Below, piece by piece: positions 1 through 15,000 of a DNA stretch of 64,000 bases (position 1 is its first letter; each line of letters starts with the position of its first letter). Source of the stretch: Mobula hypostoma (Eukaryota); contig NC_086107.1 in NCBI RefSeq assembly GCF_963921235.1, positions 111,478,001 through 111,542,000 of the forward strand, given 5' to 3'. The translations under genes were made by a program, and so were the position numbers. The notes below the pieces were generated by a model. It did not search any database, had not been told where the DNA came from, and was given only the letters and a program-made list of their open reading frames with translations.

Positions 1-3000
1 AGTACTGTCCCACTGACAGTGAGACTCTCCCTCAGTGCTGTCCCTCCGAAAGTGTGACACTCCCTCAGTACTGTCCCTCTGACAGTGAGACACTCCCTCA
101 GTACTGTCCCTCTGACACTGAGGCACTCCCTCAGTACTCTCCCTCTGACAGTGAAGCACTCCCTCAGTACTGTCCCTTTGTCAGTGTGACACTCCCTCAG
201 TACTGTCCCTCTGGCAGTGAGGCACTCCCTCCGTACTGTCCCTCAAATCGTGTTACACTCCCTCAGTACTGTCCCTCTGACAGTGAAGCACTCCCTCAGT
301 ACTGTCCCTTTCTCAGTGTGACACTCCCTCAGTACTGTCCCTCTGACAGTGAAGCACTCCCTCAGTACTGTCCCTTTGTCAGTGTGACACTCCCTCAGTA
401 CTGTCCCTCTGACAGTGAAGCACTCCCTCAGTACTGTCCCTCTGACAGTGAGACACTCCCTCAGTACCGTCGCTCTGTGAGGCACTCCCTCCGTACTGTC
501 CCTCCCATCGTGAGACACTCCCTCAGTACTGTCCCTCCGACAGTGTGACACACCCTCAGTACTGTCCCTCTGACAGTGAGACACTCCCTCAGTACTGTCC
601 CTCTGACAGTGAGACACTCCCCCAGCACCATCCCTCTGACAGTGTGAAAACACCCTCAGTACTGTCCCTCTGACAGTGAGACGCTCCCTCTGACAGTGAG
701 ACACTCCCTCAGTACTGTCCCTCTGACAGTGTGAGATTCCCTCAGTACTGTCCCTCTGACAGTGAGACACTCCCTCAGTACTCTCCATCTGACAGTGAGA
801 CACTCCCTCAGTACCGTCCCTCTGACAGTGAGACACTCCCTCAGTACTCTCCCTCTGACAGTGAGATGCTCCCTCAGTACTGTCCCTCTAACAGTGCAAC
901 ACTCCCTCGGCACTGTCCCTCTGTTAGTGGGACACCCCATCAGTACTGTCCCTCTGACAGTGTGACACTCCCTCAGTACCATCCCTCTGACAGGGAGACA
1001 TCCCTCAGAACCGTCCCTCTGACAGTGAAGCACTCCCTCAATACTGTCCCTTTGTCAGTGTGAAACTCCCTCAGTACTGTCCCTCTGGCAGTGAGACACT
1101 CCCTCAGTACTGTCCCTCTGACAGTGAAACACTCCCTCAGTACTGTCCCTTTGTCAGTGTGACACTCCCTCAGTACTGTCCCTCTGACAGTGAAGCACTC
1201 CCTCAGTACTGTCCCTTTGTCAGAGTGACACTCCCTCAGTACTGTCCCTCTGGCAGTGAGACACTCCCTCTGTACTGTCCCTCTGACAGTGTGACACTCC
1301 CTTAGTACTGTCCCTCTGACAGTGAGACACTCCCTCAGTACCGTCCCTCTGGCAGTGTGACACTCCCTCAGTACTGTCCCTCTGACAGTGAGGTACTCCC
1401 TCAGTACTGTCCCTCTGACAGTGTGACACTCCCTTAGTACTGTCCCTCTGACAGTGAGACACTCCCTCAGTACTGTCCCTCTGACAGTGAGACGCTCCCT
1501 CTGACAGTGAGATACTCCCTCAGTACTGTCCCTCTGACAGTGTGACACTCCCTCAGTACTGTCCCTCAGACAGTGAGACACTCCCTCAGTACTCTCCCTC
1601 TGACAGTGAGACACTCCCTCAGTACCGTCCCTCTGGCAGTGAGACACTCCCTCAGTACTCTCCCTCTGACAGTGAGATGCTCCCTCAGTACTGTCCCTCT
1701 AACAGTGCAACACTCCCTCGGCACTGTCCCTCTGACAGTGGGACACCCCATCAGTACCGTCCCTCTGACAGTGAAGCACTCCCTCAGTACTGTCCCTTTG
1801 TTAGTGTGACACTCCCTCAGTACTGTCCCTCTGACAGTGAAGCACTCCCTCAGTACTGTCCCTTTGTCAGTGTGAAACTCCCTCAGTACTGTCCCTCTGA
1901 CAGTGAAGCACTCCCTCAGTACTGTCCCTTTGTCAGTGTGACACTCCCTCAGTACTGTCCCTCTGACGGTGAAGCACTCCCTCAGTACTGTCCCTCTGAC
2001 ACTGAGGCACTCCCTCAGTACTGTCCCTCTGACAGTGTGACACTCCCTCAGTACTGTCCCTCTGACAGTGTGACACTCCCTCAGTACTGTCCCTCTGACA
2101 ATGAAGAACTCCCTCAGTACTGTCCCTCTGGCAGTGAGACACTCCCTCAGTACTGTCCCTCCCATAGTGAGACACTCTCTCAGTACCGTCCCTCTGACAG
2201 TGAAGCACTCCCTCAGTACTGTCCCTTTGTCAGTGTGACACTCCCTCAGTACTGTCCCTCTGGCAGTGAGGCAATCCCTCCGTACTGTCCCTCCCATAGT
2301 GAGACACTCCCTCAGTACTGTCCCTCTGACAGTGAATCACTCCCTCAGTACTGTCCCTTTGTCAGTGTGACACTCCCTCAGTACTGTCCCTCTGACAGTG
2401 AAGCACTCCCTCAGTACTGTCCCTTTGTCAGTGTGACACTCCCTCAGTACTGTCCCTCTGACAGTGAGGTACTCCCTCAGTATCGTTGCTCTGTGAGGCA
2501 CTCCCTCCATACTGTCCCTCCCATAGTGAGACACTCCCTCAGTACTGTCCCTCTGACAGTGAAGCACTCCCTCAATACTGTCCCTTTGTCAGTGTGACAC
2601 TCCCTCAGTACTGTCCCTCTGACAGTGAGACACTCCCTCAGTACTGTCCCTCCCATAGTGAGACACTCCCTCAGTACTGTCCCTCTGACAGTGAGGCACT
2701 CCCTCCGTACTGCTCCTCCCATCGTGTTACACTCCCTCAGTACTGTCCCTCTGACAGTGAAGCACTCCCTCAGTACTGTCCCTTTGTCAGTGTGACACTC
2801 CCTCAGTACTGTCCCTCTGACAGTGTGACACTCCCTCAGTACTGTCCCTCTGACAGTGAGACACTCCCTCAATACCGTCGCTCTGTGAGGCACTCCCTCC
2901 GTACTGTCCCTCCCATCGTGAGACACTCCCTCAGTATTGTCCCTCCGACAGTGTGACACACCCTCAGTACTGTCCCTCTGACAGTGAGACACTCCCTCAG

Positions 3001-6000
3001 TACTGTCCCTCTGACAGTGAGACACTCCCCCAGCACCATCCCTCTGACAGTGTGAAAACACCCTCAGTACTGTCCCTCTGACAGTGAGACGCTGCCTCTG
3101 ACAGTGAGACACTCCCTCAGTACTGTCCCTCTGACAGTGTGAGATTCCCTCAGTACTGTCCCTCTGACAGTGAGACACTCCCTCAGTACTCTCCATCTGA
3201 CAGTGAGACACTCCCTCAGTACTCTCCATCTGACAGTGAGACACTCCCTCAGTACTCTCCATCTGACAGTGAGACACTCCCTCAGTACCGTCCCTCTGAC
3301 AGTGAGACACTCCCTCAGTACCATCCCTCTGACAGGGAGACATCCCTCAGTACCGTCCCTCTGACAGTGAAGCACTCCCTCAATACTGTCCCTTTGTCAG
3401 TGTGAAACTCCCTCAGTACTGTCCCTTTGTCAGTGTGACACTCGCTCAGTACTGTCCCTCTGACAGTGAAGCACTCCCTCAGTACTGTCCCTTTGTCAGT
3501 GTGACACTCCCTCAGTACTGTCCCTCTGGCAGTGAGACACTCCCTCTGTACTGTCCCTCTGACAGTGTGACACTCCCTTAGTACTGTCCCTCTGACAGTG
3601 AGACACTCCCTCAGTACCGTCCCTCTGGCAGTGTGACACTCCCTCAGTACTGTCCCTCTGAAAGTGAGGTACTCCCTCAGTACTGTCCCTCTGACAGTGT
3701 GACACTCCCTTAGTACTGTCCCTCTGACAGTGAGACACTCCCTCAGTACTGTCCCTCTGACAGTGAGACGCTCCCTCTGACAGTGAGATACTCCCTCAGT
3801 ACTGTCCCTCTGACAGTGTGACACACCCTCAGTACTGTCCCTCTGACAGTGAGACACTCCCTCAGTACTCTCCCTCTGACAGTGAGACACTCCCTCAGTA
3901 CCGTCCCTCTGGCAGTGAGACACTCCCTCAGTACTCTCCATCTGACAGTCAGATGCTCCCTCAGTACTGTCCCTCTAACAGTGCAACACTCCCTCGGCAC
4001 TGTCCCTCTGACAGTGGGACACCCCATCAGTACCGTCCCTCTGACAGTGAAGCACTCCCTCAGTACTGTCCCTTTGTCAGTGTGACACTCCCTCAGTACT
4101 GTCCCTCTGACAGTGAAGCACTCCCTCAGTACTGTCCCTTTGTCAGTGTGAAACTCCCTCAGTACTGTCCCTCTGACAGTGAAGCACTCCCTCAGTACTG
4201 TCCCTTTGTCAGTGTGACACTCCCTCAGTACTGTCCCTCTGACGGTGAAGCACTCCCTCAGTACTGTCCCTCTGACACTGAGGCACTCCCTCAGTACTGT
4301 CCCTCTGACAGTGTGACACTCCCTCAGTACTGTCCCTCTGACAATGAAGCACTCCCTCAGTACTGTCCCTCTGGCAGTGAGACACTCCTTCAGTACTGTC
4401 CCTCTGACAGTGAGGTACTCCCTCAGTACCCTCGCTCTGTGAGGCACTCCCTCCGTACTGTCCCTCCCATAGTGAGACACTCCCTCAGTAATGTCCCGCT
4501 GACAGTGAGGTACTCCCTCAGTACTGTCCCTCTGACAGTGTGACACTCCCTTAGTACAGTCCCTCTGACAGTGAGACGCTCCCTCTGACAGTGAGACACT
4601 CCCTCAGTACTGTCCCTCTGACAGTGTGACACTCCCTCAGTACTGTCCCTCTGACAGTGAGACACTCCCTCAGTACCGTCCCTCTGGCAGTGAGACACTC
4701 CCTCAGTACTCTCCCTCTGAGAGTGAGATGCTCCCTCAGTACTGTGTCTCTAACAGTGCAACACTCCCTCGGCACTGACCCTCTGACAGTGAAGCACTCC
4801 CTCAGTACTGTCCCTTTGTCAGTGTGACACTCCCTCAGTACTGTCCCTCTGGCAGTGAGACACTCCCTCAGTACTGTCCCTGTGACAGTGAAGCACTCCC
4901 TCAGTACTGTCCCTTTGTCAGTGTGAAACTCCCTCAGTACTGTCCCTCTGACAGTGAAGCACTCCCTCAGTACTGTCCCTTTGTCAGTGTGACACTCCCT
5001 CAGTACTGTCCCTCTGACGGTGAAGCACTCCCTCAGTACTGTCCCTTTGTCAGTGTGACACTCCCTCAGTACTGTCCCTCTGACACTGAGGCACTCCCTC
5101 AGTACTGTCCCTCTGACAGTGTGACACTCCCTCAGTACTGTCCCTCTGACAGTGAGACACTCCCTCAGTACTGTCCCTCTGACAATGAAGAACTCCCTCA
5201 GTACTGTCCCTCTGGCAGTGAGACACTCCCTCAGTACTGTCCCTCCCATAGTGAGACACTCCCTCAGTACCGTCCCTCTGACAGTGAAGCACTCCCTCAG
5301 TACTGTCCCTTTGTCAGTGTGACACTCCCTCAGTACTGTCCCTCTGACGGTGAAGCACTCCCTCAGTACTGTCCCTTTGTCAGTGTGACACTCCCTCAGT
5401 ACTGTCCCTCTGACGGTGAAGCACTCCCTCAGTACTGTCCCTTTGTCAGTGTGACACTCCCTCAGTACTGTCCCTCTGACACTGAGGCACTCCCTCAGTA
5501 CTGTCCCTCTGACAGTGTGACACTCCCTCAGTACTGTCCCTCTGACAGTGAGACACTCCCTCAGTACTGTCCCTCTGACAATGAAGAACTCCCTCAGTAC
5601 TGTCCCTCTGGCAGTGAGACACTCCCTCAGTACTGTCCCTCCCATAGTGAGACACTCCCTCAGTACCGTCCCTCTGACAGTGAAGCACTCCCTCAGTACT
5701 GTCCCTTTGTCAGTGTGACACTCCGTCAGTACTGTCCCTCTGGCAGTGAGGCACTCCCTCCGTACTGTCCCTCCCATAGTGAGACACTCCCTCAGTACTG
5801 TTCCTCTGACAGTGAAGCACTCCCTCAGTACTGTCCCTTTGTCAGTGTGACACTCCCTCAGTACTATCCCTCTGACAGTGAAGCACTCCCTCAGTACTGT
5901 TCCTTTGTCAGTGTGACACTCCCTCAGTACTGTCCGTCTGACAGTGAGGTATTCCCTCAGTATCGTCCCTCTGTGAGGCACTCCCTCCATACTGTCCCTC

Positions 6001-9000
6001 CCATAGTGAGACACTCCCTCACTACTGTCCCTCTGACAGTGAAGCACTCCCTCAATACTGTCCCTTTGTCAGTGTGACACTCCCTCAGTACTGTCCCTCT
6101 GACAGTGAGACACTCCCTCAGTACTGTCCCTCCCATAGTGAGACACTCCTTCAGTACTGTCCCTCTGACAGTGAAGCACTCCCTCAGTACTGTCCCTTTG
6201 TCAGTGTGACACTCCCTCAGTACTGTCCCTCTGGCAGTGAGGCACTCCCTCCGTACTGTCCCTCCCATCGTGTTACACTCCCTCAGTACAGTCCCTCTGA
6301 CAGTGAAGCACTCCCTCAGTACTGTCCCTTTCTCAGTGTGACACTCCCTCAGTACTGTCCCTCTGACAGTGAAGCACTCCCTCAGTACTGTCCCTTTGTC
6401 AGTGTTACACTCCCTCAGTACAGTCCCTCTGACAGTGAAGCACTCCCTCAGTACTGTCCCTCTGACAGTGAGACACTCCCTCAGTGCTGTCCCTCTGACA
6501 GTGAGACACTCCCTCAGTACCGTCGCTCTGTGAGGCACTCCCTCCGTACTGTCCCTCCCATCGTGAGACACTCCCTCAGTACTGTCCCTCTGACAGTGAG
6601 ACACTCCCCCAGCACCATCCCTCTGACAGTGTGAAAACACCGTCAGTACTGTCCCTCTGACAGTGAGACGCTCCCTCTGACAGTGAGACACTCCCTCAGT
6701 ACTGTCCCTCTGACAGTGTGAGATTCCCTCAGTACTGTCCCTCTGACAGTGAGACACTCCCTCAGTACTCTCCATCTGACAGTGAGACACTCCCTCAGTA
6801 CCGTCCCTCTGACAGTGAGACACTCCCTCAGTACTCTCCCTCTGACAGTGAGATGCTCCCTCAGTACTGTCCCTCTAACAGTGCAACACTCCCTCGGCAC
6901 TGTCCCTCTGTCAGTGGGACACCCCATCAGTACTGTCCCTCTGACAGTGTGACACTCCCTCAGTACCATCCCTCTGACAGCGAGACATCCCTCAGTACCG
7001 TCCCTCTGACAGTGAAGCACTCCCTCAGTACTGTCCCTTTGTCAGTGTGAAACTCCCTCAGTACTGTCCCTCTGGCAGTGAAGCACTCCCTCAGTACTGT
7101 CCCTTTGTCAGTGTGACACTCCCTCAGTACTGTCCCTCTGACAGTGAAGCACTCCCTCAGTTCTGTCCCTTTGTCAGTGTGACACTCCCTCAGTCCTGTC
7201 CCTCTGGCAGTGAGACACACCCTCTGTACTGTCCCTCTGACAGTGTGACACTCCCTTAGTACTGTCCCTCTGACAGTGAGACACTCCCTCAGTACCGTCC
7301 CTCTGGCAGTGTGACACTCCCTCAGTACTGTCCCTCTGACAGTGAGGTACTCCATCAGTACTGTCCCTCTGACAGTGTGACACTCCCTTAGTACTGTCCC
7401 TCTGACAGTGAGACACTCCCTCAGTACTGTCCCTCTGACAGTGAGACGCTCCCTCTGACAGTGAGATACTCCCTCAGTACTGTCCCTCTGACAGTGTGAC
7501 ACTCCCTCAGTACTGTCCCTCTGACAGTGAGACACTCCCTCAGTACTCTCCCTCTGACAGTGAGACACTCCCTCAGTACCGTCCCTCTGGCAGTCAGACA
7601 CTCCCTCAGTACTCTCCCTCTGACAGTGAGATGCTCCCTCAGTACTGTCCCTCTAACAGTGCAACGCTACCTCGGCACTGTCCCTCTGACAGTGAGACAC
7701 ACCCTCTGTACTGTCCCTCTGACAGTGTGACACTCCCTTAGTACTGTCCCTCTGACGGTGAAGCACTCCCTCAGTACTGTCCCTCTGACACTGAGGCACT
7801 CCCTCAGTACTGTCCCTCTGACAGTGTGACACTCCCTCAGTACTGTCCCTCTGACAATGAAGCACTCCCTCAGTACTGTCCCTCTGGCAGTGAGACACTC
7901 CCTCAGTACTGTCCCTCTGACAATGAAGCACTCCCTCAGTACTGTCCCTCTGGCAGTGAGACACTCCCTCAGTACCGTCCCTCTGACAGTGAGACACTCC
8001 TTCAGTACTGTCCCTCTGACAGTGAGGTACTCCCTCAGTACCGTCGCTCTCTGAGGCACTCCCTCCGTACTGTCTCTCCCATAGTGCGACACTCCCTCAG
8101 TACTGTCCCTCTGACAGTGAAGCACTCCCTCAGTACTGTCCCTTTGTCAGTGTGACACTCCCTCAGTACTGTCCCTCTGGCAGTGAGGCACTCCCGCAGT
8201 ACTGTCCCTCCCATAGTGAGACACTCCCTCAGTTCTGTCCCTCTGACAGTGAAGCACTCCCTCGGCACTGTCCCTCTGACAGTGGGTCACCCCATCAGTA
8301 CCGTCCCTCTGACAGTGAAGCACTCCCTCAGTACTGTCCCTTTGTCAGTGTGACACTCCCTCAGTACTGTCCCTCTGGCAGTGAGACACTCCCTCAGTAC
8401 TGTCCCTCTGACAGTGAAGCACTCCCTCAGTACTGTCCCTTTGTCAGTGTGAAACTCCCTCAGTACTGTCCCTCTGACAGTGAGCACTCCCTCAGTACTG
8501 TCCCTTTATCAGTGTGACACTCCCTCAGTACTGTCCCTCTGACAATGAAGCACTCCCTCAGTACTGTCCCTCTGGCACTGAGACACTCCCTCAGTACCGT
8601 CCCTCTGACAGTGAGACACTCCTTCAGTACAGTCCCTCTGACAGTGAGGTACTCCCTCGGTACCCTCGTTCTGTGAGGCACTCCCTCCGTACTGTCCCTC
8701 CCATAGTGAGACACTCCCTCAGTACTGTCCCTCTGACACTGAAGCACTCCCTCAGTACTGTCCCTTTATCAGTGTGACACTCCCTCAGTACTGTCCCTCT
8801 GACAGTGAAGCACTCCCTCAGTACTGTCCCTTTGTCAGTGTGACACTCCCTCAGTACTGTCCCTCTGGCAGTGAGACACTCCCTCTGTACTGTCCCTCTG
8901 ACAGTGCGACACTCCCTTAGTACTGTCCCTCTGACAGTGAGACACTCACTCAGTACCGTCCCTCTGGCAGTGTGACACTCCCTCAGTACTGTCCCTCTGA

Positions 9001-12000
9001 CAGTGAGGTACTCCCTCAGTACTGTCCCTCTGACAGTGTGACACTCCCTTAGTACTGTCCCTCTAACGGTGAGACACTCCCTCAGTACTGTCCCTCTGAC
9101 AGTGAGACGCTCCCTCTGACAGTGAGATACTCCCTCAGTACTGTCCCTCTGACAGTGTGACACTCCCTCAGTACTGTCCCTCTGACAGTGAGACACTCCC
9201 TCAGTACTCTCCCTCTGACAGTGAGACACTCCCTCAGTACCGTCCCTCTGGCAGTGAGACACTCCCTCAGTACTCTCCCTCTGACAGTGAGATGCTCCCT
9301 CAGTACTGTCCCTCTAACAGTGCAACACTCCCTCGGCACTGTCCCTCTGACAGTGGGACACCCCATCAGTACCGTCCCTCTGACAGTGTGAAACTCCCTC
9401 AGTACTGTCCCTCTGGCAGTGAGACACTCCCTCAGTACTGTTTCTCTGACAGTGAAGCACTCCCTCAGTACTGTCCCTTTGTCAGTGTGACACTCCCTCA
9501 ATACTGTCCCTCTGACGGTGAAGCACTCCCTCAGTACTGTCCCTCTGACACTGAGACACTCCCTCAGTACTGTTACTCTGACAGTGTGACACTCCCTCAG
9601 TACTGTCCCTCTGACAATGAAGCACTCCCTCAGTACTGTCCCTCTGGCAGTGAGACACTCCCTCAGTACCGTCCCTCTGACAGTGAGACACTCCCTCAGT
9701 ACTGTCCCTCTGACAGTGTGACACTCCCTCAGTACTGTCCCTCTGACAGTGAAGCACTCCCTCAGTACCGTCCCTCTGACAGTGTGACACTCCCTCAGTA
9801 CTGTCCCTCTGACAGTGAGGTACTCCCTCAGTACCGTCGCTCTGTGAGGCACTCCCTCCGTACTGTCTCTCCCATAGTGAGACACTCCCTCAGTACTGTC
9901 CCTCTGACAGTGAAGCACTCCCTCAGTACTGTCCCTTTGTCAGTGTGACACTCCCTCAGTACTGTCCCTCTGGCAGTGAGGCACTCCCGCAGTACTGTCC
10001 CTCCCATAGTGAGACACTCCCTCAGTTCTGTCCCTCTGACAGTGAAGCACTCCCTCAGTACTGTCCCTTTGTCAGTGTGATACTCCCTCAGTACTGTCCC
10101 TCTGACAGTGAAGCACTCCCTCAGTACTGTCCCTTTGTCAGTGTGACACTCCCTCAGTACTGTCCCTCCGACAGTGAAGCACTCCCTCAGTACTGTCCCT
10201 TTGTCAGTGTGACACTCCCTATGTACTGTCCCTCTGGCAGTGAAGCACTCCCTCAGTACTGTCCCTTTGTCAGTGTGACACTCCCTCAGTACTGTCCCTC
10301 TGACACTGAGGCACTCCCTCCGTACTGTCCCTCCCATAGTGAGACACTCCCTCAGTACTGTCCCTCTGACAGTGAAGCACTCCCTCAGTACTGTCCCTTT
10401 GTCAGTGTTACACTCCCTCAGTACTGACCCTCTGACAGTGAAGCACTCCCTCAGTACTGTCCCTTTGTCAGTGTGACACTCCCTCAGTACTGTCCCTCTG
10501 ACAGTGAGGTACTCCCTCAGTACCGTCGCTCTGTGAGGCACTCCCTCCGTACTGTTCCTCCCATAGTGAGACACTCCCTCAGTACTGTCCCTCTGACAGT
10601 GAAGCATTCCCTCAGTACTGTCCCTCTGACAGTGAGACACTCCCTCAGTACTGTCCCTCTGACAGTGAGACGCTCCCTCTGACAGTGAGATACTCCCTCA
10701 GTACTGTCCCTCTGACAGTGTGACACTCCCTCAGTACTGTCCCTCTGACAGTGAGTCACTCCCTCAGTACTCTCCCTCTGACAGTGAAGCACTCCCTCAG
10801 TACTGTCCCTTTGTCAGTGTGACACTCCCTCAGTACTGTCCCTCTGGCAGTGAGACACTCCCTCTGTACTTTCCCTCTGACAGTGTGACACTCCCTTAGT
10901 ACTGTCCCTCTGACAGTGAGACACTCCCTCAGTACCGTCCCTCTGGCAGTGTGACACTCCCTCAGTACTGTCCCTCTGACAGTGAGGTACTCCCTCAGTA
11001 CTGTCCCTCTGACAGTTTGACACTCCCTTAGTACAGTCCCTCTGACAGTGAGACACTCCCTCAGTACTGTCCCTCTGACAGTGAGACGCTCCCTCTGACA
11101 GTGAGATACTCCCTCAGTACTGTCCCTCTGACAGTGTGACACTCCCTCAGTACTGTCCCTCTGACAGTGAGACACTCCCTCAGTACTCTCCCTCTGACAG
11201 TGAGACACTCCCTCAGTACCGTCCCTCTGGCAGTGAGACACTCCCTCAGTACTCTCCATCTGACAGTGAGATGCTCCCGCAGTACTGTCCCTCTAACAGT
11301 GCAACACTCCCTCGGCACTGTCCCTCTGACAGTGGGTCACCCCATCAGTACCGTCCCTCTGACAGTGAAGCACTCCCTCAGTACTGTCCCTCTGACAGTG
11401 TGACACTCCCTCAGTACTGTCCCTCTGACAGTGAGACACTCCCTCAGTACTGTCCCTCTGACAGTGAGACGCTCCCTCTGACAGTGAGATACTCCCTCAG
11501 TACTGTCCATCTGACAGTGTGACACTCCCTCAGTACTGTCCCTCTGACAGTGAGACACTCCCTCAGTACTCTCCCTCTGACAGTGAGACACTCCCTCAGT
11601 ACCGTCCCTCTGGCAGTGAGACACTCCCTCAGTACTCTCCCTCTGACAGTGAGACACTCCCTCAGTACCGTCCCTCTGGCAGTGAGACACTCCCTCAGTA
11701 CTCTCCCTCTGACAGTGAGATGCTCCCTCAGTACTGTCCCTCTAACAGTGCAACACTCCCTCGGCACTGTCCCTCTGACAGTGGGACACCCCATCAGTAC
11801 CGTCCCTCTGACAGTGAAGCACTCCCTCAGTACTGTCCCTTTGTCAGTGTGACACTCCCTCAGTACTGTCCCTCTGGCAGTGAGACACTCCCTCAGTACT
11901 GTTTCTCTGACAGTGAAGCACTCCCTCAGTACTGTCCCTTTGTCAGTGTGACACTCCCTCAATACTGTCCCTCTGACGGTGAAGCACTCCCTCAGTACTG

Positions 12001-15000
12001 TCCCTCTGACACTGAGGCACTCCCTCAGTACTGTCCCTCTGACAGTGTGACACTCCCTCAGTACTGTCCCTCTGACAATGAAGCACTCCCTCAGTACTGT
12101 CCCTCTGGCAGTCAGACACTCCCTCAGTACTCTCCCTCTGACAGTGAGATGCTCCCTCAGTACTGTCCCTCTAACAGTGCAACGCTACCTCGGCACTGTC
12201 CCTCTGACAGTGAGACACACCCTCTGTACTGTCCCTCTGACAGTGTGACACTCCCTTAGTACTGTCCCTCTGACGGTGAAGCACTCCCTCAGTACTGTCC
12301 CTCTGACACTGAGGCACTCCCTCAGTACTGTCCCTCTGACAGTGTGACACTCCCTCAGTACTGTCCCTCTGGCAGTGAGGCACTCCCTCCGTACTGTCCC
12401 TCCCATAGTGAGACACTCCCTCAGTACTGTCCCTCTGACAGTGAAGCACTCCCTCAGTACTGTCCCTTTATCAGTGTGACACTCCCTCAGTACTGTCCCT
12501 CTGACAGTGAAGCACTCCCTCAGTACTGTCCCTTTGTCAGTGTGAAACTCCCTCAGTACTGTCCCTCTGGCAGTGAGACACTCCCTCAGTACTGTCCCTC
12601 TAACAGTGAAGCACTCCCTCAGTACTGACCCTTTTTCAGTGTGACACTCCCTCAGTACTGTCCCTCTGACAGTGAAGCACTCCCTCACTACTGTCCCTTT
12701 GTCAGTGTGACACTCCCTCAGTACTGTCCCTCTGGCAGTGAGACACTCCCTCTGTACTTTCCCTCTGACAGTGTGACACTCCCTTAGTACTGTCCCTCTG
12801 ACAGTGAGACACTCCCTCAGTACCGTCCCTCTGGCAGTGTGACACTCCCTCAGTACTGTCCCTCTGACAGTGAGGTACTCCCTCAGTACTGTCCCTCTGA
12901 CAGTTTGACACTCCCTTAGTACAGTCCCTCTGACAGTGAGACACTCCCTCAGTACTGTCCCTCTGACAGTGAGACGCTCCCTCTGACAGTGAGATACTCC
13001 CTCAGTACTGTCCCTCTGACAGTGTGACACTCCCTCAGTACTGTCCCTCTGACAGTGAGACACTCCCTCAGTACTCTCCCTCTGACAGTGAGACACTCCC
13101 TCAGTACCGTCCCTCTGGCAGTGAGACACTCCCTCAGTACTCTCCATCTGACAGTGAGATGCTCCCTCAGTACTGTCCCTCTAACAGTGCAACACTCCCT
13201 CGGCACTGTCCCTTTGTCAGTGTGACACTCCCTCAGTACTGTCCCTCTGACAGTGAGGTACTCCCTCAGTACCGTCGCTCTGTGAGGCACTCCCTCCGTA
13301 CTGTTCCTCCCATAGTGAGACACTCCCTCAGTACTGTCCCTCTGACAGTGAAGCATTCCCTCAGTACTGTCCCTCTGACAGTGAGACACTCCCTCAGTAC
13401 TGTCCCTCTGACAGTGAGACGCTCCCTCTGACAGTGAGATACTCCCTCAGTACTGTCCCTCTGACAGTGTGACACTCCCTCAGTACTGTCCCTCTGACAG
13501 TGAGTCACTCCCTCAGTACTCTCCCTCTGACAGTGAAGCACTCCCTCAGTACTGTCCCTTTGTCAGTGTGACACTCCCTCAGTACTGTCCCTCTGGCAGT
13601 GAGACACTCCCTCTGTACTTTCCCTCTGACAGTGTGACACTCCCTTAGTACTGTCCCTCTGACAGTGAGACACTCCCTCAGTACCGTCCCTCTGACAGTG
13701 GGACACCCCATCAGTACCGTCCCTCTGACAGTGAAGCACTCCCTCAGTACTGTCCCTCTGACAGTGTGACACTCCCTCAGTACTGTCCCTCTGACAGTGA
13801 GACACTCCCTCAGTACTGTCCCTCTGACAGTGAGACGCTCCCTCTGACAGTGAGATACTCCCTCAGTACTGTCCCTCTGACAGTGTGACACTCCCTCAGT
13901 ACTGTCCCTCTGACAGTGAGACACTCCCTCAGTACTCTCCCTCTGACAGTGAGACACTCCCTCAGTACCGTCCCTCTGGCAGTGAGACACTCCCTCAGTA
14001 CTCTCCCTCTGACAGTGAGATGCTCCCTCAGTACTGTCCCTCTAACAGTGCAACACTCCCTCGGCACTGTCCCTCTGACAGTGGGACACCCCATCAGTAC
14101 CGTCCCTCTGACAGTGAAGCACTCCCTCAGTACTGTCCCTTTGTCAGTGTGACACTCCCTCAGTACTGTCCCTCTGGCAGTGAGACACTCCCTCAGTACT
14201 GTTTCTCTGACAGTGAAGCACTCCCTCAGTACTGTCCCTTTGTCAGTGTGACACTCCCTCAATACTGTCCCTCTGACGGTGAAGCACTCCCTCAGTACTG
14301 TCCCTCTGACACTGAGGCACTCCCTCAGTACTGTCCCTCTGACAGTGTGACACTCCCTCAGTACTGTCCCTCTGACAATGAAGCACTCCCTCAGTACTGT
14401 CCCTCTGGCAGTCAGACACTCCCTCAGTACTCTCCCTCTGACAGTGAGATGCTCCCTCAGTACTGTCCCTCTAACAGTGCAACGCTACCTCGGCACTGTC
14501 CCTCTGACAGTGAGACACACCCTCTGTACTGTCCCTCTGACAGTGTGACACTCCCTTAGTACTGTCCCTCTGACGGTGAAGCACTCCCTCAGTACTGTCC
14601 CTCTGACACTGAGGCACTCCCTCAGTACTGTCCCTCTGACAGTGTGACACTCCCTCAGTACTGTCCCTCTGACAATGAAGCACTCCCTCAGTACTGTCCC
14701 TCTGGCAGTGAGACACTCCCTCAGTACCGTCCCTCTGACAGTGAGACACTCCTTCAGTACTGTCCCTCTGACAGTGAGGTACTCCCTCAGTACCCTCGCT
14801 CTGTGAGGCACTCCCTCCGTACTGTCCCTCCCATAGTGAGACACTCCCACAGTACTGTCCCTCTGACAGTGAAGCACTCCCTCTGTACTGTCCCTTTGTC
14901 AGTGTGACACTCCCTCAGTACTGTCCCTCTGGCAGTGAGGCACTCCCGCAGTACTGTCCCTCCCATAGTGAGACACTCCCTCAGTACTGTCCCTCTGACA